Part shown: positions 1 to 12,471 of the stretch, piece after piece
Layout: every line of letters starts with the position of its first letter
Numbering within the stretch: position 1 is the first letter of the stretch
DNA from: Octopus vulgaris
Lineage: Eukaryota
Direction: 5' to 3'
Length of the DNA stretch: 64,000 nt
Assembly (NCBI GenBank): GCA_951406725.2
Contig: OX597829.1
Span: 54,002,001-54,066,000 of the forward strand
The notes under the pieces: model-generated
Database searches by the model: none
What the model was told of the DNA's origin: nothing
What the model saw: only the letters and a program-made list of their open reading frames with translations
Translations under genes and position numbers: made by a program

Positions 1-1819
1 AGAAATGCATTCGGAATGATGAAGACACATTCATCCATTGATATTGAAGACAAGAAAATGGTATGGAAGTAATGCTTATTATTTGAGGCTTTTTGAATGT
101 GGAGAATATGTTGGATAAAGAGAATCTACCTCATGCTGACCATAAATAGGAACAAGCAATTCCAGTTGATAGCAGTGATTAAATGATTAGGCTAAAAGAA
201 CTGACAGTGAGTCATAGATTTAGAAAAATTCTGGCACTTATAAACTGTAAGAAGAAGGATTTAAATATATGAAGTATAGATGACAACTGAAAAGTTATTA
301 AAGAGATTAAGGACATATTATAATGGTATGAATAGTAGGTGTGATGGGAAGGTGAGGGGAAGGGAGAAATGGATTATTAGTGTGATGAGAAGTCCTGAGA
401 GAATCATTGAAGTAAAGTAATTATAATATAGAACAGCACTCCTTCGTAAACTACCCTGTCACCTTTCCCTCCCCTTTCTCACTAATCATTGACACTAACC
501 TCTTCCCTCTCCCCTGTTTCCTTCCATATTACCTTCCTCTAGGAGTGTCCACTTCCACCTCATTGCTATAAATCTGTTCCTCTTACCTTCACACATCCCT
601 AGAATCATTGCATCCCTACCCTTGTTCTTTTTTTTTTCCTGCTGCTTTTGTGGATTCCCATGACTTACTGTCGCCATCCAATTCCATTATTATGAATTTG
701 AACAGGGAGCTCGTGTGATATTGCATCTTTCATTAGTGGATTCCACAACCATGGATGCCATTCCTCTGGATGTGTTGCAGTTACTCCCTTCAAAGAGCTT
801 CGTGATCCTCACCACCGATCTTCTATTATTCCTCCACTCAGCGTCAATGCAAGAAGCACCATTGACTCAGTTGAGCTATTCTGCAACCTTCCTTCAATAA
901 TAGGAATCAGTTTAGGTCCTGAGTCTTACAAGTTGCAAGGCAATCTTCATTAGTGCTGGTGCCACATAAAATGCACCCAGTACATTGTAAAGTGGTTGGC
1001 ATTAGGAAGGGCACCCAGTCATAGAAACTATGCCAAAGCAGACATCAGAGGATGATGGATCCTGATTTGCATGAATGCATGCATTTGGGTGTGTGTGGTG
1101 GGGTGGGGTGCATGATCATAATGTTAAGAATTTTGATTTCTAACTACATGGTACTGGGTTTGGCCCTACTTCATGGCACCTTGGGTAAGTATCTTATACT
1201 ATACCTTTTGGCCAACTAAGCCCTTGTGAGCAGATTTGTGTGTAAATGGAAATTGTATGTGTGTGTGTGTGTGTGTGTGTATTTTCATGATACTGCATGA
1301 TAGTTGTAAAAGAGTGTATATTCATATAAGCATGACTGTGGAGAAATATTGCCTTGCCTCAAAGTAAGTCTACTTGATTATGAAAAAGAAAAGCTACTGC
1401 AAAGGTCATGACATCTGAACATCTGATTCAATAATGCAAATGGCTGTAAACTCTACTGATAGTAGTACACAGAACTACCAACTGTCAAAATATAATAACC
1501 CTCCCTCAACCTGTTCAATCACTATGACTCATTTGTTTTTATTATATAGATGTGTTCCTGTGGACAGGTCAAACTCAGTGTGCATATTTTAGTGGATTCC
1601 AGGTTTAGTCAGCATATAATTTTTTATGAAATTCTGACAAGTCATTTTTAACATGTGTTATGGAAAGAAACTTTACATAGGATTTGAAAACTAATCAATA
1701 GTTGCAGGAATTATTACATAAGTATGCAAGATTGATTATAGTGAATTATGACAAAATAATTGCAAATTGAAGAAGTAAAATGATTTGCTTGCTCCATTTT
1801 TTTAATATTGGATCGTTTG

Positions 1820-2415
1820 GTCACCTTTGGAAATATGCAGTGTGTGAGAAGACCCAGAAAGCCAAGTGAGACCATAACTTGTGCCTATGCCAGGGATGTA
1901 ACCAGCCCACTTATGTGGAACTTTCCTTCATTGGACACTAAACTCTGCTTGCGAAGACCTGTTGAGGCAAGTGAAATTGAAATCAAGTCAAATTCGCAAA
2001 TTCGATGACTGGCACCCATGCCAGTGGAAGCGCTAAGAGCACCATCTGAGCGTGATCGCTGCCAGAGCAGCTGACTGGCTTCTGTGTCTGTGACATGTAA
2101 AAAGTACTATTCAAACGTGATCGTTACCAACGTTACCTTACTGGCACTTATGCCAGTAGCACGTGAAAAACATTCGAGTGAGGTCATTGCCAGTGCCACT
2201 GGACTGGCTCCTGTGCAGGTGGCACGTAAAAAAACACCACTTGAGGGTGGCCGTTGCCAGTACCGCCTGACTGACCCTCGTGCTGGTTGCACATAAAAAG
2301 CACCCACTACGCTCTCGGGATGGTTAGCATCAGGAAGGGCATCCAGCTGTAGAAACTCTGCCAGATCAGATTGGAGCCTGGTGCAGCCATCTGGTTCGCC
2401 AGACCTCAGTCAAAT
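1820..2415 (+). mobile_element. RTE-type LINE 3' end / 3'UTR-derived repeat
   Basis: Begins with the ACCTTTGG..ATATGC..TG.GAGAAGACC segment that follows the RTE ORF end at about 24650. Contains GGTGGCACGTAAAAA(G)CACC units and GGAAGGGCATCCAGCTGTAGAAAC, as in many other copies in the window. Confidence 0.7.
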
Positions 2416-2861
2416 GAGAGGTACAATAAAAAAACAAAGCATAAGATTCTGGAAAATATATCGGTGAATAAGCATATCTGCATTTTAGAGAATTGTGTAT
2501 ATTAGTGTGCATATATGTTCATGTGCATGTGTGTGCACTTCTGTTATAATTTACTTATTGTGTAAATGTATGTGTATGTGCACAACATTCCTCATAAGTG
2601 TGTATGTATATCTGCAGGTGAGCATGCATATGTGAAATTTAGTGTGCAAGCATATATGTGTATGTGTGTATGTATGTATGAATGCATTAATGTGCAAGCG
2701 TGAGACTGTTGTAAATAACTAGCATTTCTTAAAATGTGTGTGTGTAAGTGTGTTACTGAGCCATTTTGATATTCTTATTTAAAAATGGTGACAACTTTTC
2801 ACCAGTGTTGCAATAATAATGAACAAAATTCTATTTTTGAAAGTTCAATGAATCAGATTAC

Positions 2862-2939
2862 CTTGAAATTGTTTTCAAGCATAATAGTTTATGTCCAAAG
2901 AGGTCAAAACATTTATCTGTTGACAATGCATAGTTTAGT
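2862..2939 (-). other. Candidate internal exon of an unidentified minus-strand transcript
   Basis: Minus strand reads atttcttgtttctag|78 nt|gtaatc. Only one frame is open ([25 protein letters not shown], phase 2/2). Unique sequence with no recognised homology. Confidence 0.35.
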
Positions 2940-2989
2940 CTAGAAACAAGAAATACATACAAACAAAATTTATATCTTAGCAATGCATA

Positions 2990-2997
2990 CATCATAC

Positions 2998-3056
<59 letters not shown>

Positions 3057-3112
3057 AAAATATATATATATATATACATACACACACAATATATATATAT
3101 ATGCATACATAC

Positions 3113-3166
<54 letters not shown>

Positions 3167-3294
3167 AAAAAATATATATATATATAAAAAAAATATATAT
3201 ATATATATATATACACAAATATATATATATATATACATACACAAATATATATATATATATACATACACAAATATATATATATATACACACACAA

Positions 3295-3360
<66 letters not shown>

Positions 3361-3362
3361 CA
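2990..3362. repeat. Compound (AT)n/(AC)n microsatellite
   Basis: Runs of TA interrupted by ACAC/CAAA units. Source of the spurious YIYI ORFs. Confidence 0.95.
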
Positions 3363-3389
3363 TAGATATATGTATAAATCCAGATGCAA

Positions 3390-3760
3390 TCATATAGCTG
3401 AAACTCTAGTAGGGTTAGAAATGAAATTGCAGGTGTGGAAGCAAAACCTGGAATCAAAGGGCCTTAAAGTTAACTTAGTAAAGAACAAAGTTCAAGTAAG
3501 CAAGAAAACACACAGAACAATACTCTCTTCATGTGATTGATTCAGTTAGTTACTAGAAGAGATGTTAGTACACTGTATGAAATTTCTAGTAAGCACAAAC
3601 TGTGGTCAAACAAGAGAATGCAGTGGAATCACAGAAAGGTTAAAAGAGAAAGTAGACGTTGTTGTTGTAGATGCACTGGTGAAATTACAACAAACAGGAA
3701 ACAGATTTCTTCAAATGCCCATGAGGGCCCTTTAGGGGAAATAGGCAGTTTCTGTTAGCT
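3390..3760 (+). mobile_element. RTE LINE reverse transcriptase fragment (decayed)
   Basis: Translates to [33 protein letters not shown], resembling the region after YADD in RTE-clade RT. Frameshifts and stops follow. Confidence 0.6.
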
Positions 3761-4299
3761 AGTTAACCAAACTAATTAACAATAGAAGAGGATACTCAGA
3801 AAGCATAGTTGCCGGAATATCTGTCTCTCACCATTTTCACATCTGACTTCATCCCTAGTATTGTGCATCTCTTTTGCACACACACACACACACACTTCAC
3901 ATCATCTTTACAACCACATATTATCTCCCAGGCCGATACCCGCTACCCCCACCTGGTATTCATGACTAATAATGCCTCAACCCAAGCTGATTACCCACTG
4001 AATTTCCCTTTATCCCCATCTCTATGTACCTGCCACTCACTCCACCCTCATGAACTCATTTACCTGCTCAAACAACTTCTCTTATATTCACCCCTATGTA
4101 ACTTGAGGGTACACCCTGACACAACTTGACCACTACCACCTTTCTTTTTCAACTGGGGTAATCACATATCACCTGTAGAGCAAGATACCTGTCTCTCTCT
4201 TATACTTTAGCCTTTCATCACCTCTCATCAACCCACCAACCTCAAGACTACAATATACTACAATTCCTCAGTCAAGGACTCTTGTTTTGTGAGTTAATA

Positions 4300-5025
4300 C
4301 TTTAGAGGTAGTTGGTAATTTGTTACTTAGGTGATGTAATTAGCAGCAGAGGAGGATGTTCCGAAGGTCTAGTTCAGTGGTTCCTAACCTTTTTATTTAA
4401 ATGAGTTTTCCCATGGGCCCCTTTGAATATGCTTATACTTACATGTGTGTGTGTGTGTGTGTGTGAAATTTTCATAAGACCCCCCAGGGACGATCAGAGG
4501 TCCATGGACCCCAAGTTGGGAACCACTGGCCTAGTGGCTGAAATTAAAACTGTTTGGGGGAAAGTTTTGAGGACAGTTATCTTTGATAAGAAAGGGCCTC
4601 TCCTTCAAAGTGAAAGGCAGATTGTATGATGCTTGTGTAAGAACAGCAATGTTACACAGTTGCAAAAGGTGGGCTGTGAATGCAGAGAATATGTTAAAGC
4701 TTGAAAGAAATGCAGCTCGCATGCTATGCTGAATGTTCATTGTCAGTGTGCATGTATGGGAAAAAGTGTTGAGAGAAAAACTGAGCATAAGAGGCATCAG
4801 ATGCAGTGTGCAAAAGAGAAGACCATGCTGGTATGGCTGCGTGATGCTGACAGGAGGTGAAGACAGCTGCATAAGGAAGTGCCATTCACTAAATGAGGAC
4901 GGAATCTGTGGAAGACGAAAACCTAGGAAATAAAGTGATGAAAAATGACTTTCAGATGTTGGACCTCACAAAGGAGATGACAAAGAATCAAGACAATTGG
5001 TGATTTGCTGTACTTGAGAAGACCC
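4300..5025 (+). mobile_element. RTE LINE ORF C-terminal fragment (decayed), interrupted by a MITE
   Basis: DACVRTAML..., LREKLSIRGIRCSVQKRR.WYG.VM...CIRKC...GICGRRKPRK is a typical RTE ORF C-terminus. Homologous to 24330-24690, 47785-48310 and 61570-61950. Confidence 0.75.
4375..4528. mobile_element. hAT-Charlie (MER5-like) MITE
   Basis: TIRs CAGTGGTTCCTAAC / GTTGGGAACCACTG. Degenerate 8-bp TSD GTCTAGTT / GCCTAGTG resembles the Charlie target consensus. Confidence 0.75.
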
Positions 5026-5591
5026 AACCATCAAAGAAAAATCAAGACCATAAAGGCATATCTCATATCTGTGCCCCTAAGAAATATCTCCCCCCTAAAC
5101 TCATCTTCCTAATACTCCCTTTCCTCCACCCATGTTAACCATCCACTACATTCCCTCTCTATCCCTCACTCACCCTATCCAATCCTCTCTACCATTTCAC
5201 TTATACACACTTCCTTCTAACTTAAGGGTATGACCTGACACATCATCTTCACCAGCTTCTCTCTCTCTCCTCCCTCTTTTCTTCCATTTGGGGTAGCCAT
5301 GTATCATCCCCTGTACAAGATACCTTTGTTTTTTATACCTGTTATACTTTTTTAACTCCTCATCACCAAATACAAAGCCACCTGCATCATAATTACTCCC
5401 ACTCAGTTAAGGGGTCATGTCTTGCAAGTTACTTGGTGACCTCACTGGTCACTGGTGTCACATAAAAAGCAACAAGTACAACTGTGGAAATGGTGCCTGA
5501 GGTGACAGAGTTTGGTACAGTTATCTATCCAACCTGTGAAAATGGGTTCTCATTCCTAAGGTATTCTTCAATGTTATTATTATTATTATTG

Positions 5592-5650
5592 CTTGGAATC
5601 GAACTCGGAATCTGGGGGTTAGTAGCCCACGCTCTTAACCACTACGCCAT
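5592..5650 (-). mobile_element. tRNA-derived SINE head
   Basis: Minus strand TGGCGTAGTGGTTAAGAGCG...GAGTTCGATTCC gives A and B boxes. No closing acceptor stem, and it abuts a TAT repeat. Confidence 0.6.
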
Positions 5651-5906
5651 TATGGAGTGAATTTTATGGCTTATAAATCTAATATTTTTCTATCCTTCCT
5701 TAATACCAGTTCCCCATATGCTGCTCATATCTGCACTCGGTCTGCTTAGGAGGAGGTTGTGTCCTAGCATATGTGCTGCTTCTTTTAGTTTTTGTATTTC
5801 CTAGTGGTGTTCTCTGTCTATTATTTTAACTTCATCCCAAAGGAGGGGGGGGTCTCCATTTTTCCATACATGATCAGCTATACCCAATTTATCAATATCT
5901 CCTCAA

Positions 5907-5952
5907 GACACCTGAAGAAGGATGGAGGGTATATCAGCTGAAATGTGGTGTT
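5907..5952 (+). ncRNA. Degenerate type I hammerhead ribozyme motif (PLE-associated)
   Basis: GACAC-CTGAAGA-A-GGATG..CAGCT-GAAA-TGTG-GTGTT. Stem I and the core are recognisable, but stem II is mismatched and the stem III/cleavage triplet is mutated. Confidence 0.5.
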
Positions 5953-6011
5953 AACAACAAACAAGATGAGGACAAATATCTGCTGAATGTAAATAATGTA
6001 CATAATTCCTC

Positions 6012-6510
6012 CTCATCATCATCGTTTAATGTCCGTTTTCCATGCTAGCACGGGTTGGACAATTCGACCGGGGTCTGAGAAGCCAGGAGGCTGAACCAGG
6101 CTCCAGTCTGATCTGGCAGTGTTTCTACAGCTGGAAGCCCTTCCTAATGCCAACCACTCCATGAGTGTAGTGGGTGCTTTTTATGTGCCACCGGCACAGG
6201 TGCCAGGGGAGGCCGGCAGCGGCCACGATCAGTTGGTGCTTTTTACGTGCCACCGGCACAGAAGCCTATCAAGGCAGTGCTGGCATTGGCCACGTTCGGA
6301 TGGTGCTTTTTATGTGCCACCGGCACAGGTATCACAACTACAATTTCCATTTGATATTCATTTTGATGTTGATGTACTTGACTCAATAGGTCTCCTCAAG
6401 CACAGCAGGTCATGTGCCACTGGCACAGAAGCCAGTCAAGGCAGCACTGACATCGGCCACATTCGGATGGTGCTTTTTACGTGCCGCCAGCACAGGTATC
6501 GTAACTACAA
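6012..6510 (-). mobile_element. RTE-type 3'-end repeat with (GAT)n tail
   Basis: Reverse complement of the GGAAGGGCATCCAGCTGTAGAAAC...GGACGTTAAACGATGATGAT family. Confidence 0.8.
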
Positions 6511-7559
6511 TTTCCTCCTCTCTTAAATATAGAACTGTAAGGAAAATGGAGATTAAATGAGGACACACACACATGCATGCACATGTGCACACACACACAA
6601 ATATATATACATACATACACATGCACATATATAATCATCATCATCATCCTTTAACATCCATGTTCCATGCTGGCATGGGATGGATGGTTTATCAAGAATC
6701 CAGTGGATCCAAGGACAACATCTTGCTCCAGTATCTGCTTCAGCAAAGTTTCTACAGTTGGATGCCCTTCCAAATGCCAACCACTTTACAGTTTGTACTA
6801 GGTACATTTTTTTTGCATCACCAACACTAGTGCGGTCACCATATAGTTCACAAGTCTTGAAACTTAATTGGGGGTAACTGTGTTCGTATGTTTCAAGGGG
6901 TGGTGGTGAAGATATGGGCGAAGAGGTTGGGGTTCTTGTTGTTAGGGAGCTACATGGCTACTCACATTTAGGAGAATGAATTGGTGGTATTTCCAAAGAG
7001 ATCGTAGCAAAGAGGTACCCAGGTGGCACCTTCATAGGAAGAGTTGCAATGAATGAGGGTTTGGTGGAAGAGGTAAGGAGAGTGGGGATAAGAGAGGGAG
7101 GTAGGCAACATCTGTAAATATTAAGGGTTGAGGAGATGGGGTGTATGAGTTGAGGTGGGGGAGCTAGAGGGAAGCTAGCAGAAGGGTGGTCATCATGATA
7201 CCATTGACGGGGGGTGGGGGCAGAGAAGAGAGATGATGAGTTTGGGTAAGCTACAGGAGCTGAGGAGAGAGATAGACAGGTGTAGTGCATGAGGAGAGAT
7301 GATTTCATGGTCCAAGGAGGGGAGAATAGGGTGGCTATTGTAACATGGATGTGGAGAACAATATCAATGGATGAAGAATGACTAACAAGTGAGATGTTTC
7401 TGGATAGCAAGAGAGAAAAATTGTAACAGGATGGAAGGAAAAAGCTGGAGTGGTAGAGATGCAAGGGTGGGGTGAGGCAACATGAGAGGAAAATTAGAGG
7501 ATTGAATGATTGAGGTAAACATATCTCTCTCACTCTCTCTCTCTTCATATATATACATA

Positions 7560-7710
7560 ATGTAGCTGTGTGGTAAGAAACTTGCTTCCCAACCACAAGG
7601 TTCTGGGTTCGGTTCCACTCTGTGACACCCTTGGGCAAGTAAATTCTACTTTCGCCACAGACTGACTAAAGCCTTGTGAGTGGATGGAAACTGAAAGAAG
7701 CCTGTCGTAT
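7560..7710 (+). mobile_element. tRNA-derived SINE (octopus OR-like), 5' part
   Basis: GCTGTGTGGTAAG..CTTGCTTCCCAACCAC..GGTTC..CCCTTGGGCAAGT..AAGCCTTGTGAGTGGA. The same family recurs about 10 times in the window. Confidence 0.75.
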
Positions 7711-8377
7711 ATATTTATATATGTATCTTGGACCATCTAACATAAGAAGATGTGAGGGAAAGCGGACAGGAAAGGAACAACAGACTAGGGTGGAAGAGCC
7801 CTTGAAGGAAAGAATGGCTGGAGTGTTAGGGTGCTGAGTAGATAGACAAGCTGTGGGTGGGAGGATGGCAAGAGAAAAGGTGGCTGAGAGAGAGAGAGAA
7901 CAGTGGAGAAGACAACATTGGAAAGGATACCACGGTAGGAGAATGAAGAGGAAGAGTAGAGTGTGTATGCTGTGGAGGAGGGGGGGTAGTGAGATAAAGG
8001 TAAGAGGAAGATGTTAGATGATGGGCGTTGAGAGCAGTGTATAGTGAAGTATAGCAGTGTTGCACTGATAATTGTAAGTCTATCATAGGTTCAATACCTG
8101 CACTGGGCAGTGTGTTGTGTTCTTGAGCAAAGCATTCTATTCAATGTTGTTCTGTGATAACTTTGACATTGACGTGTGGCACTCTGTACACTGGACCAGG
8201 TAGTGTTAATTTGATGGAAGAACAACTAATGGTGCAGCACAAGAGTTTGGTCACTATAAATAAATTATCTGTACAGATTGCTCAAGAAATTGCAGAACCG
8301 TTTTTCTCAGCTTATGAGAGACAACTATTAATCTCCCTCTCTATCTCTCATATATATATATATATACATATATATAG

Positions 8378-9148
8378 GGATTAATCTTCTCTCTTTGCTC
8401 TTTTACACCATTTGGGCTCAACTCTCCTCCCCGACTCCTACTTCTCTTCACTCCTACATCTTTTCACCCTTACTCTCTTTCCCTTTTCTCCCTTACTCTT
8501 TCTCTCTGCTCCCTCACTCTCCTTCTCTCCCCCTCCCTCCTCCTTCTTCCCACCTAACTCTCCTCTCTTGCCCCAACTCCTACTTCCCTTCACCTCTACT
8601 CTCTTTCTCTCCCCTCCTACTCTCTTACTATCTCCTCCTCACATACCCACCTTCACCTCCCACATAAACCCACCCACCCCTACACCACCTTCCCATCCTA
8701 TCCACACCCACCCCACCCCTCTGCCTACCCACAAACCCCGCCCATGTTTTCCCCACTCTCGCCTCTCAACAACATCACACCACCCATACACCTATCACCA
8801 CATCTTCACACCTACACATACATACACACACACATCCAGACCACCAGCCCTCTTTCACACGCACATACATACTCTCTTATACACACACGCACCTTCGTGT
8901 TGGGGGTCATCTTTACTTTGTTATCTCCCCTACTTTCCTTCCTGTGTTTGACCCTCTGTCCGGCACTAGCCGCCATGATAGATCGTTAGCCACTACACAC
9001 ATTTTTTTCTTTCCTTGTTTTTTCTGTAGAAGAGCGTAAGCTCAAAATGTAAAAGACTTTTTTCTATTCCTGAGCGTTATACTAATACATCTGTTTGTTT
9101 TGTACACCACCTGTCTTCGTTTTTTGTTTTTTTCTTAAACTCTCCCTA
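8378..9148 (+). mobile_element. 5'-truncated Penelope-like element (ORF end, pyrimidine-rich 3'UTR, hammerhead-like terminal repeat)
   Basis: Starts GLIFSLCSFTPFGLNSPP, matching the GIY-YIG C-terminus of the copy at 26758-26820. Its 3' end (9020-9148) matches 26465-26600 in reverse. Flanked by TA repeats. Confidence 0.65.
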
Positions 9149-10288
9149 TATATATGCAAGTAAATTGGTTTCAAACCCTAAACAGGAATGGCTCACAAAT
9201 CAGAAATACAACAACAAAAAGTGATTCTCAAGATAGAAACGTGTGTGGCTATGTGGTTGGGTTGATTAAAACCTCATGAGTGGATTTGGTAAGCAGAAAT
9301 TGAAAGGAGCCCATCGTGTGTCTATGTAATGGATAATGGACAAAAGAATACAATTGTGAATATTGATTACAAATGGGATTCCTCCATAGGTTCTTTGCAG
9401 GAACATTAGTTGAGAGACCCAGGGCAGCTCTTCCATTTGCAACCCCCTGACCCCACATAAAACACATTGCCTACAGCAGACCCAAAAGTGGTGGCCCATT
9501 AAAAGTGTCGCCCAGGGCTGACTGCCTCTACTGCGTCCCCCCCACCCCAGCTATGCTAGTGAATGGGGTCGATTCATTCAACAAAAGATTCTTTAAGGTG
9601 GTGCCCCAGGATGGCCACAGCCTAATGACTGAAATGAGTGTGTGTATACATGGGGCTGTGCTATTGGTGCAGGTGGCTCTGGCTTTCCGCATCTGGCGTT
9701 TCTGTTCTGCTGACTGAATCCGTCTCTCCTCGGCTGTCTTTGCTCCTGTGGTGATTGCGCTGCTCCAGGATGAGCGGTCGGCAGCAAGTGTTTCCCAAGT
9801 CTCTGTGCCGATGGAGAAGTCTTTGAGAGAGACTTTGAGACTGTCCTTGAGGGAGGGGCTTCCTTGCCCGGATTGGCCTCACCAGCCACCTCCGGTCTCA
9901 TAGCAGCAATTCCACCAAATGATGTCAATGGTCATCTTCGAACCCGAAGGACGAACATTATTATATATGTATATACACACAGACACAAATACACATGTGT
10001 GTGTCCGTGTGTGTATGTCGTGTGTATCTTTGCCTTGACATCATGTGATAGCTGAGCATCAATGTTATATAAGTGATGTTGTTTGGTCCCAGTCTTCTAT
10101 GGAAAACACTTTCTGATCATGAGGGAAATATTACCTTGCTTGGAAACAGGTGATGGTTGGTGACAGGAAGGGCATCCAGCTGTGGAAAAGCTGCTACAAC
10201 AAATTTCGTGAGACCCATGTAAACATAGAAAAGTGAATGTTAAATGATGACGAGGCACAGGGTTGGCTGTGTGGTAAGTAGCTTGCTT

Positions 10289-12017
10289 CCACTGGCATAT
10301 GGGTGTTGATTTTTTTGTCATTGAAAGAGTGAGTTGTTACCGTTGTTTTATTGTTGAAATTTTGAACTGTTGTATTGCGAAATTGTTGGCCTGTTGTGAG
10401 AAGGCTCTTCCCCAGTCATGGGTGAAGCTGCAAGGAGTAGTTATACGTCGGCCGTGATTAAAAGTACACCACCCAACACCCTGTAAGTTTGGCAAATTGT
10501 GGTCGAAGAAAGTAAATGGAAAGATGCAAGAAAGTTGTTGAACAAGGATGGAGAGAGTCTTTTGCTGACACCCCCAGTGGAAGTTAGTAAAAAGGTGGAA
10601 AATAGAACTGTCGTCTACAGAATGTAGTCAACAGTCCTGAAGAAAATTGAGGTAGCTCCAATAGAGGAGATTGAAGAATGTTTAAAGGAGGTGAAGGAGT
10701 ATACCACCTTCTATACCAGAGGAAGAAAATTTGGCACAGTGGAGGTTAGGTTCACTAGCGAGGAGTTAGAAATAAACCACTCTACTGTGTCAATTAAAAC
10801 CAAGTTGAGGACCTTACTACCAAGTTATTGTGGAAGAAGAGTGTCCAGAACAAAGATTGGAAAGGTGCCTCCTGAAATAGAGGAGGCATGGCTGGAGGCA
10901 TGGCTGGAGGCATGGCTGGAGGCAGCAGTGATGGAAAATATGGAAGATGAAGCAAAAGTATTGAAAATAACGAGAACAGAGGAAATCAACTGATGGGCAC
11001 ATGGGCTGGAACTCACGGTTCTAGTTGGCCTAATGGAGATGCATGAGATTGCAGAAGAGGTGAGATTACTAGATGGATATACAATGAGAATAATGGTGGA
11101 AGGGAGACCTCCTACCAGCTATCAATGTGGTAAAAAAGATAATTTAAGGGCTGTTTGCTCACAGAATGAAGAGGAGAAGGTGGAAGTAGTGGAACAGAAG
11201 GAAGAAACCCCAATAGTAGTGGAGCAGGCAATGGAGGTTGATTGTACTGTGCCGAAGAGGAGGAAGAACAGTGGAGACTCACCTCCAAAGATTGTGAGAA
11301 AGAAGAGAAGAGGTGGGAAAAAGGAAAAAAATGAATGAGAAGCCAGAAAATGGCAAGATGAAGGAAAAAATATGTGGAAATGTGTGAATGGAGGACGATA
11401 GTGAGAAGACTATACGGAGGGTGGAGGAAGATGAAAGTTCGAAGATTGTCATGAGTGAAAGACGGGAAGAGGAGGAATTTGAATTGACAGACGACGAGGA
11501 TGAAGTGATGGATGAGAGTGAACAGGAGTAAAGGAGGAATAATTTTGGAAGGAATATTCGGAATTTGATAATTTACAAGTGTAGAAATAGAGGAAAAAGT
11601 CACGAAAATGAAGAACTTAAGAGTAAAATTGATAGGTAAGGATATTTTAGAGCTATTTTATTAGAAAGAGATAGAGGTGAAAGATTACAGACATTGTTTG
11701 AAAGGAAAATGATAGTCACCAAGTGGCAGGTTTGATATGACGAGCTGCCACCGGTGGTGGGATACGAAGAATTGAAACCATGAAGGACTCATTATGAACT
11801 AAAGTTCTTTGTGAAAAATTGTTTATTTTAAAAAGACTGCTAATTGTTGTATAAATAGTAAAAGTGGAACTGCCTGCTTGTGGCGGGTAGGTAATCCACT
11901 TCATCTTCATCAAATTCATGTAATTCATTTGTATATGTTTTATGTACCCCACTGTTTTGTCCTTGTATGACTTTGTATTGTCCCCCTCTGTGTTTGAGCC
12001 CTTGTAGCTAATAAAGA
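10289..12017 (+). mobile_element. L1/Tx1-like non-LTR element with only a decayed ORF1 (HAL1-like), 13-bp TSD
   Basis: TSD AAGTAGCTTGCTT at 10276-10288 and 12018-12030. ORF1-like peptide with a degenerate zinc knuckle (VEGRPPTSYQCGKKDNLRAVC) and a basic/acidic tail. Ends AATAAAGAAA. No EN or RT domain visible. Confidence 0.65.
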
Positions 12018-12408
12018 AAGTAGCTTGCTTACGAACTATATGGTTCCGGGTTCAGTCCCACTGCGTGGCACCTTGGGCAAGTGTCTTCTACTATAGCCTT
12101 GGTCTGACCAAAGCCTTGTGAGTGGATTTGGTAGACAGAAACTGAAAGAAGCCCATTATATATATGTATATATATATATATATATTTATTTATTTATGTG
12201 TGTGTATATTTGTGTCTGTGTTTGTACCCCAACATCACTTGACAACTGATGCTGGTGTGTTTATGACCCCATAACAGTGGTTTGGCAAGAGAGACCAATA
12301 GAATAAGTACTAGGCTTACAAAGAATAAGTCCTGGGGGTTGATTTGTTCGACTAAAGATGATGCTTCAGCATGGCCACAAGCAAATGACTGAAACAAGTA
12401 AAAGAATA
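12018..12408 (+). mobile_element. tRNA-derived SINE (OR-like), split by the L1-like insertion; head at 10255-10288
   Basis: The SINE sequence resumes exactly after the TSD and runs through an internal TA/TG microsatellite to the ...GACTGAAACAAGTAAAAGA tail. Confidence 0.85.
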
Positions 12409-12429
12409 AAATGAATATGTCTGAATTAC

Positions 12430-12471
12430 AACTGTCTGACGAATGGGAACATGAAACTCTGAGTAACAGTT
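12430..12471 (+). ncRNA. Minimal type I hammerhead ribozyme (PLE terminal repeat, 12430-12581)
   Basis: Stem I AACTGT/ACAGTT, core CTGACGA, stem II ATG-GGAA-CAT, GAAAC, stem III loop TCTGA, triplet GTA. Predicted cleavage after 12465. Confidence 0.75.

Noticed and set aside
2858-3540. Long YIYI/ICVC ORFs (also at 14458-14733, 16211-16459 and 17504-17723)
   Set aside because: They are translations of (TA)n/(CA)n microsatellites, which lack stop codons.
5592-5650. tRNA gene (also the tRNA-like heads at 40254 and 43632)
   Set aside because: A and B boxes are present, but there is no complete acceptor stem or terminator, and the heads continue into SINE body or simple repeat.
6958-7638. 226-aa minus-strand ORF, and the Pro/Ser/His-rich ORFs at 8395-8989 and 58955-59566
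   Set aside because: Low-complexity purine/pyrimidine-skewed repeat-derived sequence joined to SINE sequence, with no domain motifs or splice support.
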